This document shows positions 1-12,860 of a stretch of 64,000 nt of DNA, piece by piece (positions within the stretch are counted from its first letter, which is position 1; each line of letters opens with the position of its first letter). The position numbers and the translations under genes were made by a program. The notes below the pieces were generated by a model. It searched no databases. It saw only the letters and a program-made list of their open reading frames with translations, and was not told the origin of the DNA. Source of the stretch: Octopus bimaculoides (taxonomy: Eukaryota); contig NC_068987.1 of NCBI RefSeq assembly GCF_001194135.2, forward strand, positions 14,845,806-14,909,805, read 5' to 3'.

Positions 1-345
1 TGTATGTTTTTGTACTTGTTGTAGCTTTTGTTCCATAATATTTTAGTAGCAAGCCAACTTACTGAATTGAGTAAACGTTCATAAAATTGACTAGCTTCTT
101 ACTAAATGCTGCATGAACACAACTAATGGTAATTAATCAACGATCATTATTAATGCTCTCAAGTATGAAATTTTGTTAAATATCAGTCCCTTATTACGGA
201 AACATACAGACTTAAATCATAAAATATATAATCCTCCAGTTCATAAAATGTCTGAACTTGGGCGAAACTTTGAAATCTTTATTATTACTATTGCAGATAA
301 GGCAGCCAGCTGGCAGAATTGCTAGCACGCTGGACGAAATGCTAC

Positions 346-498
346 GGGCTTCTTTCAGTTTCCGTCTACCAAATCCACTCACGAGGCTTTGGTCGGCCCG
401 AGGCTACAGTAGAAGACAGTTGCCCAACGTGCCACGTAGTGGGACTAAACCCGGAACCATGTGGTTTGTAAGCAAGTTACTTACCACACAGTTACGCT
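346..498 (-). mobile_element. SINE family C, 5' head fragment
   Basis: Matches the head of fuller copies at 57540-57701 (-) and 54874 (+): gggcttctttcagtt...gtgccacgtagtgggactaaacccggaaccatgtggtttgtaagcaag. Confidence 0.8.
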
Positions 499-544
499 AA
501 CGTTTCTGCCAGCTCACCGCCTTACAAAGAATTATTATTACTAT

Positions 545-1130
545 TGATAAGGTATCGAATTGACAGAATCGTTTGCGCGCCGAACAAAATGCTTAGTAAC
601 ATTTCGTCCGTCTTTACATTCCGAGTTCAAATTCCACCGAGGTCAGTGTTGCCTCTCCTCCTACCAGTTGAATACCGATGTCACTGTAATCGACTTATCC
701 CCTCCAAAATGTGTGCCAAAATTTGAAACCATTATTGATAAGGTGGCGAACAAACAAAATCGTTACCGTTCCGAACAATATACTTTGCAGCATTTCTTCC
801 GGCTCTTTACGTTCTGACTTCAAGTTTTGCTGAGCTGGACATTGCCTTTCCTGCATTTGGAGGTAATAAAATAAGTACCAGTTGAATAATAGGGTCGATG
901 TAACCTACTTTCCTCTCACCTCATAATCACTGACCTTGTATCAAAAACGAGAAAGAATTATTTTTTTCATTGATAGTAATATTTTTTTATACATCAAATT
1001 CCGCCGAGGTCGACTTTCCCTTTAATTCTCTCGCGGTCGATAAAACAAGTACTAGTTGAACACTGGAGTCGATATAATCAAATTACACCGCTCATCCAAA
1101 ATTACTGGCCTTGTGCTAAAAGTTGAAACC
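545..1130 (+). mobile_element. Three head-to-tail degenerate copies of SINE family A (about 545-730, 738-960, 990-1130)
   Basis: Each repeats variants of gagttcaaattccgccgaggtcgac...taagtaccagttgaacactggggtcgatgtaatcgactt...ccttgtgccaaaa, as in the better copies at 16591 and 46547. Confidence 0.8.
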
Positions 1131-1613
1131 TGTATTTATTCATAAATATTGTATTACATTATGGAAATTCTGTCTTAATAGCTGGACCTCCTAGGTTGAC
1201 AAAACTCTTCTGCTGGCGACAAAATGTCGCCTGAACTGACAGAGTGCTGCTGTTCAGATTCACTTACTAATCTATATTTTATCATTTTATTCTAAGCGGT
1301 TTGTTTGAATACGTTTTATTGTACATGATTCATTTATATTTATAGCATTTCGCATTATTAGCAGAGATGTGATTGCCCGAGTAAAGAACACTACAACGGA
1401 AGAAACGTTTGCTTAAAAGGATATATTTTTTTTGTTGCTTTTCTTTCTTCGATTTCTAAAGTAATTCTTAAAAGATAAACGCAATTATTTGCAGATATGC
1501 TGTGAACAAAAATGTAATTGAATATGGAAGTTGTTATGAGGGTACTTTACTGCTTGAAAGAAAGAAGTATTACAAAGGTTTTTAGAGTCTCTAAATATAA
1601 ATTTAAATAAGAG

Positions 1614-2100
1614 TCACAGACATGGTTGTGTGGTTCAGAAGCTCGCTTTTACAATTACGTGGTTTCAGGTTCAATTTCACGGCCTGACACATCGAGAAAG
1701 TGTCAACAACTACCGCTTTGTGCCGATCAATGCCGTGTGAGTGAATTTGATTGAAGGAAACCGTAAGGAAGCCTGTCGAATTTATATGTGCTTGTGTGTG
1801 TGCGCGCGTGGGGTGGTGTTGGTGAGTGTGTGTGTGTGGGTGGGGGTGGGGGTGAGTGTGTGTATGTATGTATGCATTTGTGTGTGTCTTTGTGTCTATA
1901 TTTGTTCCCCCACCACCGCTTGACAACCGGTGTTGGTGTGTTTACATCCCCATAACATAGCGGTTCGGCAAAATAGGCCGATAGAATACGTACTGGGCTT
2001 TAAACAAAATAAGTCCCAGGGATGATTTATTAGACTAAAACCCTTCAACGCGGTGCTCCAGCATGGCCGCAGTCAAATTACTAAAACAAGTAGAATATAA
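1614..2100 (+). mobile_element. SINE family C, full-length diverged copy with internal (TG)n/(TATG)n tract
   Basis: Head gtgtggttcagaag...ggtttcaggttcaatt; internal microsatellite 1785-1900; tail ccaccgcttgacaaccggtgttggtg...cagcatggccgcagtcaaattactaaaacaag shared with 54874-55300. Confidence 0.85.
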
Positions 2101-5100
2101 AGGATAAATAGTTGCATATACAAGCCAAAAGTAACGATTGCAGGCAAACTAATGAGCAGAATCGGTTGCATCTTCTTTTTTCTATATCTGTTGTTTATTA
2201 GCGATTTACCGAGAAAGCGGTAAAGATGGAGCTTAACCCATTCTCGCTATAGCTGGAATCAGCGTGACAGAGTTTACGTAGATTTCGGGAAGAATTATTT
2301 TCAGTTACTCGATCAAACGGAGTAGCTATTTATTTATTGTATTGCAGTGTACCTGACTAAATATTTCATTGACAAGTGTATAGTTAACATTATTCGCTGA
2401 CATATTCAGTGTGACATTATACATGACAAGGGTAGTTCTTTAAGCTTCAAGAACAATTCATTTTGAATAGCGTACGAACAGCGTACGTATATAGCATACG
2501 TATATATGTTTGAATAGCGTACGCATAAACTAGAAGAACAGTTCATTTTGAATAGTGTATGTATACGAGTGATTTCAGAATTGCCTTTATATTCATGTAA
2601 TCTTTTGGCAGAATCAGCGTGATAATGTGCGTGACTAGACTTCATATTCTTGTTAGAAGTACAGTCTATTTGATTGACTTCAACGCAGCTCTGGTCGAGC
2701 TAATTTCATTCATGGAAATGTGATACACTCGGCCCAAGAAAGCGCGCAATGGGAGCTGATTTGTAATTTTCTGAATAAATACAGGACATAACAATGTGGC
2801 TTTGCAACAATTAGACACATGCACAAACATACGAACAAACATACACATACACATACATACGCACTCAAACACACACAAGCACACACATGCACTCCGTCAC
2901 ACACGCATATTTGCATAGTGCGGCGTATTGAACATGGCATAAAACCAATGTTTTGAACTCCACGAGTCCGATTATATATCGGAAGATTTATGTATGAATA
3001 GTAAATATCTTATTATTCCAGACTTCTTGCTATAGTTCAATGCGGATATTTTAAACACGGAGTACAAAATACTTTTAAAGAACCCAATATAAAAATATTA
3101 TTTTTCCGTCAACAACTTCGCAGGTGACAAATACTGAAATATCAAAACATAAAAACACATCCGAATCATCGAATCGTACTTACAAAGAGAAGATAGTTCT
3201 GTAAGCTTATATGATGTATTTTATACTCGACGAATATATCGTTTTGAACTCATTATAATCCATACTCTTACATATCTAAAATGTGGTTTTGTCAGAATGT
3301 GTTGATCTCAGTCTAGATTAAGCAGAATAGTTCCATAAACATTCCATGAACATTACTTTTGTTTCTAAAGCAATTTGCAATAATATTTAAACTTAATTAA
3401 ATTTACCATTTCAAGCAAACAGAGCCATTGTAAAATATTTCATGGAAAATTCGTTCGTGAAATTAGTTTTCTTTGATGAAAAATTTCAGTCGTTATAATC
3501 GAGTATCGTACACATATGATCTTGCGAAACAGATATCTAAAATCCTAAACCGTTTCAACACTTTTCTGATAAGCAGAAAATCAGCCAGACAAAATAATGT
3601 TAGTCCTGAGAACAAAGGAGAAATCTTTTATATTAAACACACAACGTAGACATAGATTCCATAATAGCTCCTTACACATACTGATCAAACCATAACGAAA
3701 GCCATCAATGTACTTACATATATAGCTGTATGGCTTGCACATACACCGAAGAGATACGCAGACTAAAGGACTCTACATATACAGATACACACGCATCTTC
3801 TAAAACATCACTATAGACATATTCATCAGCACACACACATACACACTATACATACACACAGCGCCACATAGAAAACCACGGATACGCATGCATGTGCACA
3901 TATAATGCATAAGTACATCCAATAGACACACACGCATGCAATCATGCTTACTAAGCTTAAATAACACACACATTCCCAAAACAATAACCGCTAGTATACA
4001 CACATACATCAAAATAATGCATACAATTACTCAATATTTACATATGGACACATGCACACAGAGAGATATAAAATCATATATATATATATATATATACACA
4101 TACATATATATCAGTTTCTTCCCTTATCGCTCTTGCAAAAAAGAAATCTTTATCCTTTGCTTCCAACTTTCGAATATTTCGTCCGTTACTTAATGTAGAT
4201 AATACAGAGTTGTTTATCTTACTCTCCCAGTTATACTTTTTATTCTGTCACTTTCTTTCTTTCTTTCTTTCTTTCTTTGTGAGAGAGAACTAAAATCCCG
4301 AAACGTCATATACATTTGTATTTCTCGTTCGTGTGCACCAAACAAAGAAGAAAAACCTATATTAATAAAAGAAAGAAAAATATTATACATGATCATACAA
4401 ATGGAAGAAAATATTCGAATGATAAAATAAAACATAAAATCACATAAATATGCATATCCACTCACACGCGCGAGCGTTGTATTGATATATTCATCTGTGC
4501 ATATGTCTGCTTGCTCAAACCATGATGCTATGCAATTGCTTTATCATATGTCGTAGCACTATTTTTCGCTTATTCTGCTATCACTGATAATTCATTTAAT
4601 GATGTCATTCCGATATATTAAAACAAAATGTAACATTTGAATATACAAACATACATAAGGGATGAATTGGGCTGAGTTCAAACTTTACCAAGTTCTTCTT
4701 TGCCGTCCATTCCCTGACAGGAGTGGCGTCTATAAATATTGCACTCGTTAGTTAATTATGATCTCATTCAGCATAATGCCCTCTCAAATTCACACACACT
4801 CATTGCCGCGGTCCTTTAGTTTTTCTAAGCACTGTAAAAGCCGTGAACTTTCCTGCACCACCTCGTTCATCGAGTTACGTTATTTTTGTTGTCGATAACA
4901 GTAAAGTGTACCCCTGCTTAATAGGCCAGTTGAATGTAAAGTACCTTCACTTGGTAGGTTTACTGAGAGTACAGTACAACAACTCTATGCTTGGAAACGG
5001 AGCTATTAATATAATCGGACAGGAACCAGTGAAACTTTAAGCATATGGCTTTCTTGTTGACTCGGTGTATCGTACATAGTTCTTTTTTTGGTTGTAATCA

Positions 5101-5671
5101 GAAGCAATAATTCAATTTCGCTAAAGGCGAAAGTCATCCATATAGTTAATATCATTGTTGTGACATTTATAAGTTGTACATAATCACTAATGTGTTGTAC
5201 ATCACATAAATGTCAGACCAAAACGTAGGTGGACTCATTTATCTTATCGTTTTGGTTTGAACTTGAGGTAGAGAGAGAGTAACACACCGACCTATTATTT
5301 ATGTTCATATATTGATCTCTTATAGATACAATTTCTCTTGTCTTTTAATATATTGATACGGCTGTCACACGGTTTGTTAGCATCGTTGCTATACATGTGG
5401 GAATATGTTACTGTTGATTTATATATCACATCTACATACGAGACAAAATAACACACATACAGGATTAAAAAAATAAAATACGTGAAATCACGACAACCGA
5501 CAGCTTTAATGTTCCTGTCTTAATCCCCTAATTCCTAACTTATTGAAGAAAACAGCCGACAGAATACGGTATTTGGATGTCGAATCATTGGTTTAGTGTT
5601 AGGAACTTAATATCCGCCATCAATGGCGTTAGTGTGCAGCAGCATTGTCAATGGTTTACCAGACAGATTGT

Positions 5672-6056
5672 GGAGGCGCAATGGCCCAGTGGTTAGGGCA
5701 GCGGACTTGCGGACATAAGATCGCGGTTTCGATTCCCAGACTGAGCGTTGTGAATGCTTATTGAGCGAAAACACCTAAAGCTCCACGAGGCTCCGGCAAG
5801 GGATGGTGGTGAACCCTGCTGTACTCTTTCACCACAACTTTCTTCTCTCACTCTTACTTCCTGTTTCTGTTGTGCCTGTAATTCAAAGGGTCAGCCTTGT
5901 CACACTGTGTCACACTGAATCTCCCCGAGAACTACGTTAAGGGTACACGTATCTGTGGAGTGCTCAGTCACTTGCACGTTAATTTCACGAGCAGGCTGTT
6001 CCGTTGATCGGATCAACTGGAACCCTCGACGTCGTAAGCGACGGAGTGCCAACAGG
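5672..6056 (+). mobile_element. tRNA-derived SINE with tail type D, young insertion with 15-bp TSD
   Basis: A-box-like TGGCCCAGTGG and B-box-like GGTTTCGATTCC; exact direct repeat TACCAGACAGATTGT at 5657-5671 and 6057-6071; tail shared with 9791-9935, 54430 and 62812. Confidence 0.92.
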
Positions 6057-6439
6057 TACCAGACAGATTGTAGTGGTAGTAATGATGGTGGCAGCGACGG
6101 TAAATGGTTACCTGGCTTTTATCGTATGATAAATGTTATATGGTATCTGTGGCTAGCGACTGGTTTTTGTGTGCCTTAATTGTCATCAGTCTGCGCTTGT
6201 TTAATTTATATACTTTTCGTTTCGTTTCTTTTTGTCTGCTGCTCTCCTCAGTATTTTGTCATCTAACCCATCTTCAGTTTATTTCCCTCTCCATAATTGT
6301 AAGATGATAAAAAAAGCACTAATAGTTTTGGGCCTCCGGCTGGCCCAATCGCTTTGACCAATCGCTGACTCCTGATATGAAGGAACGTTTTTCGATAGTC
6401 GTCAGGTTGTGAACCTTTGGAAACTGTTATAGCTATTGA

Positions 6440-6830
6440 CGCTGCTCTTATTGACTTCTGCATTTGATTTTTCTCCACTTCTTTTCTGGATTGAAAGCTC
6501 TCAAATGACCCTTGTTGTCACACGAGTAGCAACTAGGCCTTCTGCTCTTTACCCCCAATCTATTTACTTTCTCTATTTGTCTTATTCTCTGCTGTATAGC
6601 TTAGCAATACAACTCCAAAAGAGTCTTTCTGTTTTCAGAGGTTACCATGATCGGCACATTCATGTAGACGCCATCCAAATGCATCTCGTTGCATGTACTT
6701 ATGCTCTTACCACTTCAAGGCGCTGTGTCGCAAATGTGACGATAGACACAAGCTCAGCGTCTGTAGCAGTGCCTATAACCATTGCCCTCGTATATCCTCG
6801 CTCCAATACTGCAGCATCGATCTGATGGAT
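6440..6830 (-). mobile_element. Retroelement gag/ORF1-like relic with degenerate CCHC zinc knuckle
   Basis: A minus frame reads ...LDGVYMNVPIMVT...RRPSCYSCDNKGHLRAFNP; Cx2Cx4H at 6531-6505 with the last Cys lost; in-frame stops present. Confidence 0.5.
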
Positions 6831-6910
6831 GATGGGTAGAATACCAATTCCGCCTGTCGCTAAATATTTTGCTCGTATGTTTTAACGATTCTACTAGCTC
6901 GCCGCCTAAA

Positions 6911-7054
<144 letters not shown>

Positions 7055-7731
7055 TAATAATAGATCTCCGATTTTCATTTAGTACAACGTGATCAAAAAG
7101 CAGCTCTTCTCTAGAGCTGTGTTAAAATAGTCGTTCATTTCAAGCAACAACATCAACAACAACAGCAGCAACAACAACAACNNNNNNNNNNNNNNNNNNN
7201 NNNNNNNNNNNNNNNNNNNNNNNNNNNNNNNNNNNNNNNNNNNNNNNNNNNNNNNNNNNNNNNNNNNNNNNNNNNNNNNNNNNNNNNNNNNNNNNNNNNN
7301 NNNNNNNNNNNNNNNNNNNNNNNNNNNNNNNNNNNNNNNNNNNNNNNNNNNNNNNNNNNNNNNNNNNNNNNNNNNNNNNNNNNNNNNNNNNNNNNNNNNN
7401 NNNNNNNNNNNNNNNNNNNNNNNNNNNNNNNNNNNNNNNNNNNNNNNNNNNNNNNNNNNNNNNNNNNNNNNNNNNNNNNNNNNNNNNNNNNNNNNNNNNN
7501 NNNNNNNNNNNNNNNNNNNNNNNNNNNNNNNNNNNNNNNNNNNNNNNNNNNNNNNNNNNNNNNNNNNNNNNNNNNNNNNNNNNNNNNNNNNNNNNNNNNN
7601 NNNNNNNNNNNNNNNNNNNNNNNNNNNNNNNNNNNNNNNNNNNNNNNNNNNNNNNNNNNNNNNNNNNNNNNNNNNNNNNNNNNNNNNNNNNNNNNNNNNN
7701 NNNNNNNNNNNNNNNNNNNNNNNNNNNNNNN

Positions 7732-7782
7732 TATATATACATACTTATATATATAATTTAGATCAGAGATAGCGAGATACAA

Positions 7783-7814
<32 letters not shown>

Positions 7815-8007
7815 TAAACGAAATGAAATAACAAAAATTATAATCAACAAAACAAAAATAGAATAAATAATAAAAATGAAAACTTGAAAAAAAAAAAAAA
7901 TAGAATAATCTGATAGAGAAGACAAAATTATTTTTCCAGATCTGTTTCAACGCGAATATGCGGAATAAACAAACACACATACATACATACATACATACAT
8001 ACATACA

Positions 8008-8041
<34 letters not shown>

Positions 8042-8213
8042 CATACACATGCATGTATACACACATACATGCATACGCATACATGCATACATACATGCTT
8101 ACATGCATATATGTATGCATCAATGCATACATACACACACATATATATATACACATGCATTAATACAAACACGTATATATGTATACATATAATTATATGC
8201 ATACATAGACATC

Positions 8214-8247
<34 letters not shown>

Positions 8248-8382
8248 TCTACACCTATCTATCTATCTATCTATTTATCTATCCTATCTATTTCTGTGTG
8301 TATATATATACACAAATAACTGAGTTTGTGTGTGCACATGAGTCCACACGTATGAATATATCATAATACGTATGTATGTGTG

Positions 8383-8430
<48 letters not shown>

Positions 8431-8530
8431 TATATATATACATATTTGTACGTGAGTGTATGTATGTATACATGTATGCTTGTATGTTTGTGTGAGTGTG
8501 TTGTGTGTGTGTGTGTATGTGCGCGCACAT
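7732..8530. repeat. Compound (GA)n, (TACA)n, (TA)n, (CA)n microsatellites
   Basis: Read directly; source of the YI/HT/CV ORFs in the track. Confidence 0.95.
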
Positions 8531-8619
8531 GGGTAAACCCTTAGATAAATGTATATAACCATTAAGTATTTTCGCAACACCACAATTATCACCGCACCCA
8601 ACACTTCAGCCACCTCCTC

Positions 8620-8771
8620 TCATCAACAATGCCACCACCACCCTCGCCACCAGCACCACTACCACTACCACTACCACTACCACAACCGCAACCACAACCA
8701 GAACCAGAACCGCCACCACTACCTCCAGAACCACACATCGCTCTCACCTCCCCACGTTTCTCCTACCTCAA

Positions 8772-8810
<39 letters not shown>

Positions 8811-9313
8811 ATAGCGTGGTTACGAGATTACAATGTACATCGCAGCGATTAGCGCAACAACGTCAATATCAAGCCTTATTGCTTCCATTAACAACAATGA
8901 CAACAACAGCTACAACAACCACAAGAGTAGCAATAACAACAACAACAACAACCACAACAACAGCAGCAGCAGCAGTAGCGGCAGCAGCAACAGCAACAAC
9001 AACTATAGCAATAACAATGACGCTACCGCTAAACACACTAGTGGTACTGTAATCATCTCAAACTGACAACATTGACTTCAATATGCGAACGTTGTCATCG
9101 CCGTTGTTCTCGTTATCAGCAAACCGATCACCACCACCACCACCAAAACAACAACAACGATACCACCACCACCACAAGCACCAAAACACCACCACCACAA
9201 CACCACCACCAACACCACAACCACCATCACAAGCACCAAAACACCACCACCACCACCAGTACCACCACCACCACCACCACCACCACAACCAAAACACCAC
9301 CACCACCACTACC
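8620..9313. repeat. (CAC/CAA/CAG)n trinucleotide field with (AAAT)n
   Basis: Read directly; runs into an N-gap. Confidence 0.95.
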
Positions 9314-9790
9314 NNNNNNNNNNNNNNNNNNNNNNNNNNNNNNNNNNNNNNNNNNNNNNNNNNNNNNNNNNNNNNNNNNNNNNNNNNNNNNNNNNNNNNN
9401 NNNNNNNNNNNNNNNNNNNNNNNNNNNNNNNNNNNNNNNNNNNNNNNNNNNNNNNNNNNNNNNNNNNNNNNNNNNNNNNNNNNNNNNNNNNNNNNNNNNN
9501 NNNNNNNNNNNNNNNNNNNNNNNNNNNNNNNNNNNNNNNNNNNNNNNNNNNNNNNNNNNNNNNNNNNNNNNNNNNNNNNNNNNNNNNNNNNNNNNNNNNN
9601 NNNNNNNNNNNNNNNNNNNNNNNNNNNNNNNNNNNNNNNNNNNNNNNNNNNNNNNNNNNNNNNNNNNNNNNNNNNNNNNNNNNNNNNNNNNNNNNNNNNN
9701 NNNNNNNNNNNNNNNNNNNNNNNNNNNNNNNNNNNNNNNNNNNNNNNNNNNNNNNNNNNNNNNNNNNNNNNNNNNNNNNNNNNNNNNNNN

Positions 9791-9935
9791 CTGAATCTCT
9801 CCGAGAACTGAATCGCTCCGAGAACTGAATCTCTCCGAGAACTGAATCTCTCCGAGAACTTAGATGTTAATTTCACGAGCAGTATGTTCCGTTGATCGGA
9901 TCGAATGGAACCCTCGTCGTCATAACCGACGGAAT
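9791..9935 (+). mobile_element. SINE tail type D fragment starting with four tandem 17-bp units
   Basis: CTGAATCTCTCCGAGAA x4 (9791-9858), then gttaatttcacgagcagtatgttccgttgatcggatcgaatggaaccctcgtcgtcataaccgacgga, as in the 5672-6056 tail. Confidence 0.85.
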
Positions 9936-10270
9936 GGCACGGTCATCACCAGTGGCAACAGCAGCAGCGGCTGCGGCGGCATCGGCGGCGGCAGCAGCAG
10001 CAGTAATCGTGCAACCGCCTCCCCATACGCTGTACTATCTCCACGTTCACTACATTGATTACCGTCGCCTATACAATTTTGTACTAAACCAATGGCCCCG
10101 ACATAATTGTCTGCGTCGGAGTCCGAGACGCTGTGACCATTGTCAGCATTATCAGAAGCAGATTAATCATCGTGATCATCACTGTCATCATCATCACTAT
10201 CGCCATCATCTTTAAATGTAAGGCAAACAAGTCGTTGAACGGCATGTTTATTCCGGTGAGATTACACACA

Positions 10271-10302
<32 letters not shown>

Positions 10303-10362
10303 TACACACACACACAAACATTCACGAATACATGCACAAACATACACACATGTATTTATTGC

Positions 10363-10398
<36 letters not shown>

Positions 10399-11517
10399 NN
10401 NNNNNNNNNNNNNNNNNNNNNNNNNNNNNNNNNNNNNNNNNNNNNNNNNNNNNNNNNNNNNNNNNNNNNNNNNNNNNNNNNNNNNNNNNNNNNNNNNNNN
10501 NNNNNNNNNNNNNNNNNNNNNNNNNNNNNNNNNNNNNNNNNNNNNNNNNNNNNNNNNNNNNNNNNNNNNNNNNNNNNNNNNNNNNNNNNNNNNNNNNNNN
10601 NNNNNNNNNNNNNNNNNNNNNNNNNNNNNNNNNNNNNNNNNNNNNNNNNNNNNNNNNNNNNNNNNNNNNNNNNNNNNNNNNNNNNNNNNNNNNNNNNNNN
10701 NNNNNNNNNNNNNNNNNNNNNNNNNNNNNNNNNNNNNNNNNNNNNNNNNNNNNNNNNNNNNNNNNNNNNNNNNNNNNNNNNNNNNNNNNNNNNNNNNNNN
10801 NNNNNNNNNNNNNNNNNNNNNNNNNNNNNNNNNNNNNNNNNNNNNNNNNNNNNNNNNNNNNNNNNNNNNNNNNNNNNNNNNNNNNNNNNNNNNNNNNNNN
10901 NNNNNNNNNNNNNNNNNNNNNNNNNNNNNNNNNNNNNNNNNNNNNNNNNNNNNNNNNNNNNNNNNNNNNNNNNNNNNNNNNNNNNNNNNNNNNNNNNNNN
11001 NNNNNNNNNNNNNNNNNNNNNNNNNNNNNNNNNNNNNNNNNNNNNNNNNNNNNNNNNNNNNNNNNNNNNNNNNNNNNNNNNNNNNNNNNNNNNNNNNNNN
11101 NNNNNNNNNNNNNNNNNNNNNNNNNNNNNNNNNNNNNNNNNNNNNNNNNNNNNNNNNNNNNNNNNNNNNNNNNNNNNNNNNNNNNNNNNNNNNNNNNNNN
11201 NNNNNNNNNNNNNNNNNNNNNNNNNNNNNNNNNNNNNNNNNNNNNNNNNNNNNNNNNNNNNNNNNNNNNNNNNATATATTATATATATATATATGGATGC
11301 ATGTAAGTACATGCATAGGCATATGCAAATTGCCTGTTTGAGCTGTATCTTTTGCTGAAATAGATATATCTGGGCTCTCAGTAGACCACTTCATAAATAT
11401 AACATCATCAATTATTAGAATTTAATTAGATATGCTCTAGGTTATCTCCCACACCACCACCATCACCACTAACACTATCACCGGCCACCAGTCTGCTCCC
11501 ACAAACACCTCACCTCA

Positions 11518-11556
<39 letters not shown>

Positions 11557-12014
11557 ATTATATATTAACTGTTGTTGACGATAATTAGAATAACGGCAAT
11601 GAGAATTATTTTCAAAATATTGGCACAATATCAGTCGAGTACTGTGATGTAAGACAGAAAATACCCCAGAGGGCGCTGTGCATATTAAAACACGGCTTCG
11701 GCAGACTCTCGCGTATGGAATATAGTAAGCTCGAAAACTTTGATAAATAGATTATATCTATGATATTAGTTGACTAAAACTCCCTCTTAGGATTCCTCAA
11801 TTTCTGAAATCAAGAGGAAGGGCACAAATCCTATAAGTTCATTTGATAGAAATTTCTGAACCGTTTAAGCAATGAAGTTTATAGTAGATCAAGCTAATAA
11901 TACCAAATGGTGAAACAATGGACATGTTTCGGTATTAGTAAACCTCCTCAGTGAAATGTATTATATTGAGATGGTAAAACTTGAAAGTAATGGGTACATA
12001 CATATACACACACA

Positions 12015-12016
<2 letters not shown>

Positions 12017-12077
<61 letters not shown>

Positions 12078-12111
12078 TTGTCTGTCTGTCTGTCTGTCTG
12101 TCTTCTCTCTG

Positions 12112-12150
<39 letters not shown>

Positions 12151-12167
12151 GTCTGTCTGTCTATCTG

Positions 12168-12232
<65 letters not shown>

Positions 12233-12266
12233 TTGTCTGTCTGTCTGTCTGTCTGTCTTCTCTCTG

Positions 12267-12309
<43 letters not shown>

Positions 12310-12326
12310 GTCTGTCTGTCTATCTG

Positions 12327-12381
<55 letters not shown>

Positions 12382-12402
12382 GTCTGACTGTCTGTCTCTC
12401 TG

Positions 12403-12463
<61 letters not shown>

Positions 12464-12472
12464 GTCTGTCTG

Positions 12473-12525
<53 letters not shown>
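12017..12525. repeat. Compound (TATC)n/(TGTC)n tetranucleotide array with about 155-bp higher-order unit
   Basis: The interruption tttgtctg...tcttctctctgtc recurs at 12077 and 12232. Confidence 0.9.
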
Positions 12526-12654
12526 GCATGCAGAATATGCACATGTATGCGTGTGTGTGTGTCTGTGTGAATGTTTGTGTGCATGTGTGTGTGTATGTAT
12601 TTTACTTCCTTCTCATTTTTTTTCTTTATTCTCTCAATTTTATATTGTCATTTA

Positions 12655-12860
12655 ATCGCAGAACAGACCTAATCGTGAGCAAGCCTATAATCATTGACGT
12701 TCCAGCCGTAACCACCCTTTCTAAGTTTCCGACATAGTGTATCTCCGGAATCAAATGCGAACTTTCTTAATACTTCATGATCTTGGCTATTTGAGGAGAT
12801 ATTTGGTAATCATTTAAAGCAGGTCGACTAACCACGTAGTGAGATTTCCTTCGTTGCTTT
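12655..12860 (-). mobile_element. Dispersed repeat family G, diverged copy (related fragments near 14460-14530, 29230-29300, 30095-30180, 39280-39370)
   Basis: Recurrent degenerate motif resembling cgacttgctagaaatagcagccaaatctccctcaaatcacaccctactgtctt in both orientations. Confidence 0.5.

Noticed and set aside
2450-2562. Local imperfect duplication aagaaca(a/g)ttcattttgaatag about 86 bp apart
   Set aside because: Small tandem duplication with no sign of function.
6380-6412. Minus-strand CTGACGA ctatc GAAA, and similar short hits near 24080, 32010, 39420 and 45370
   Set aside because: No stem II or stem I pairing; expected by chance.
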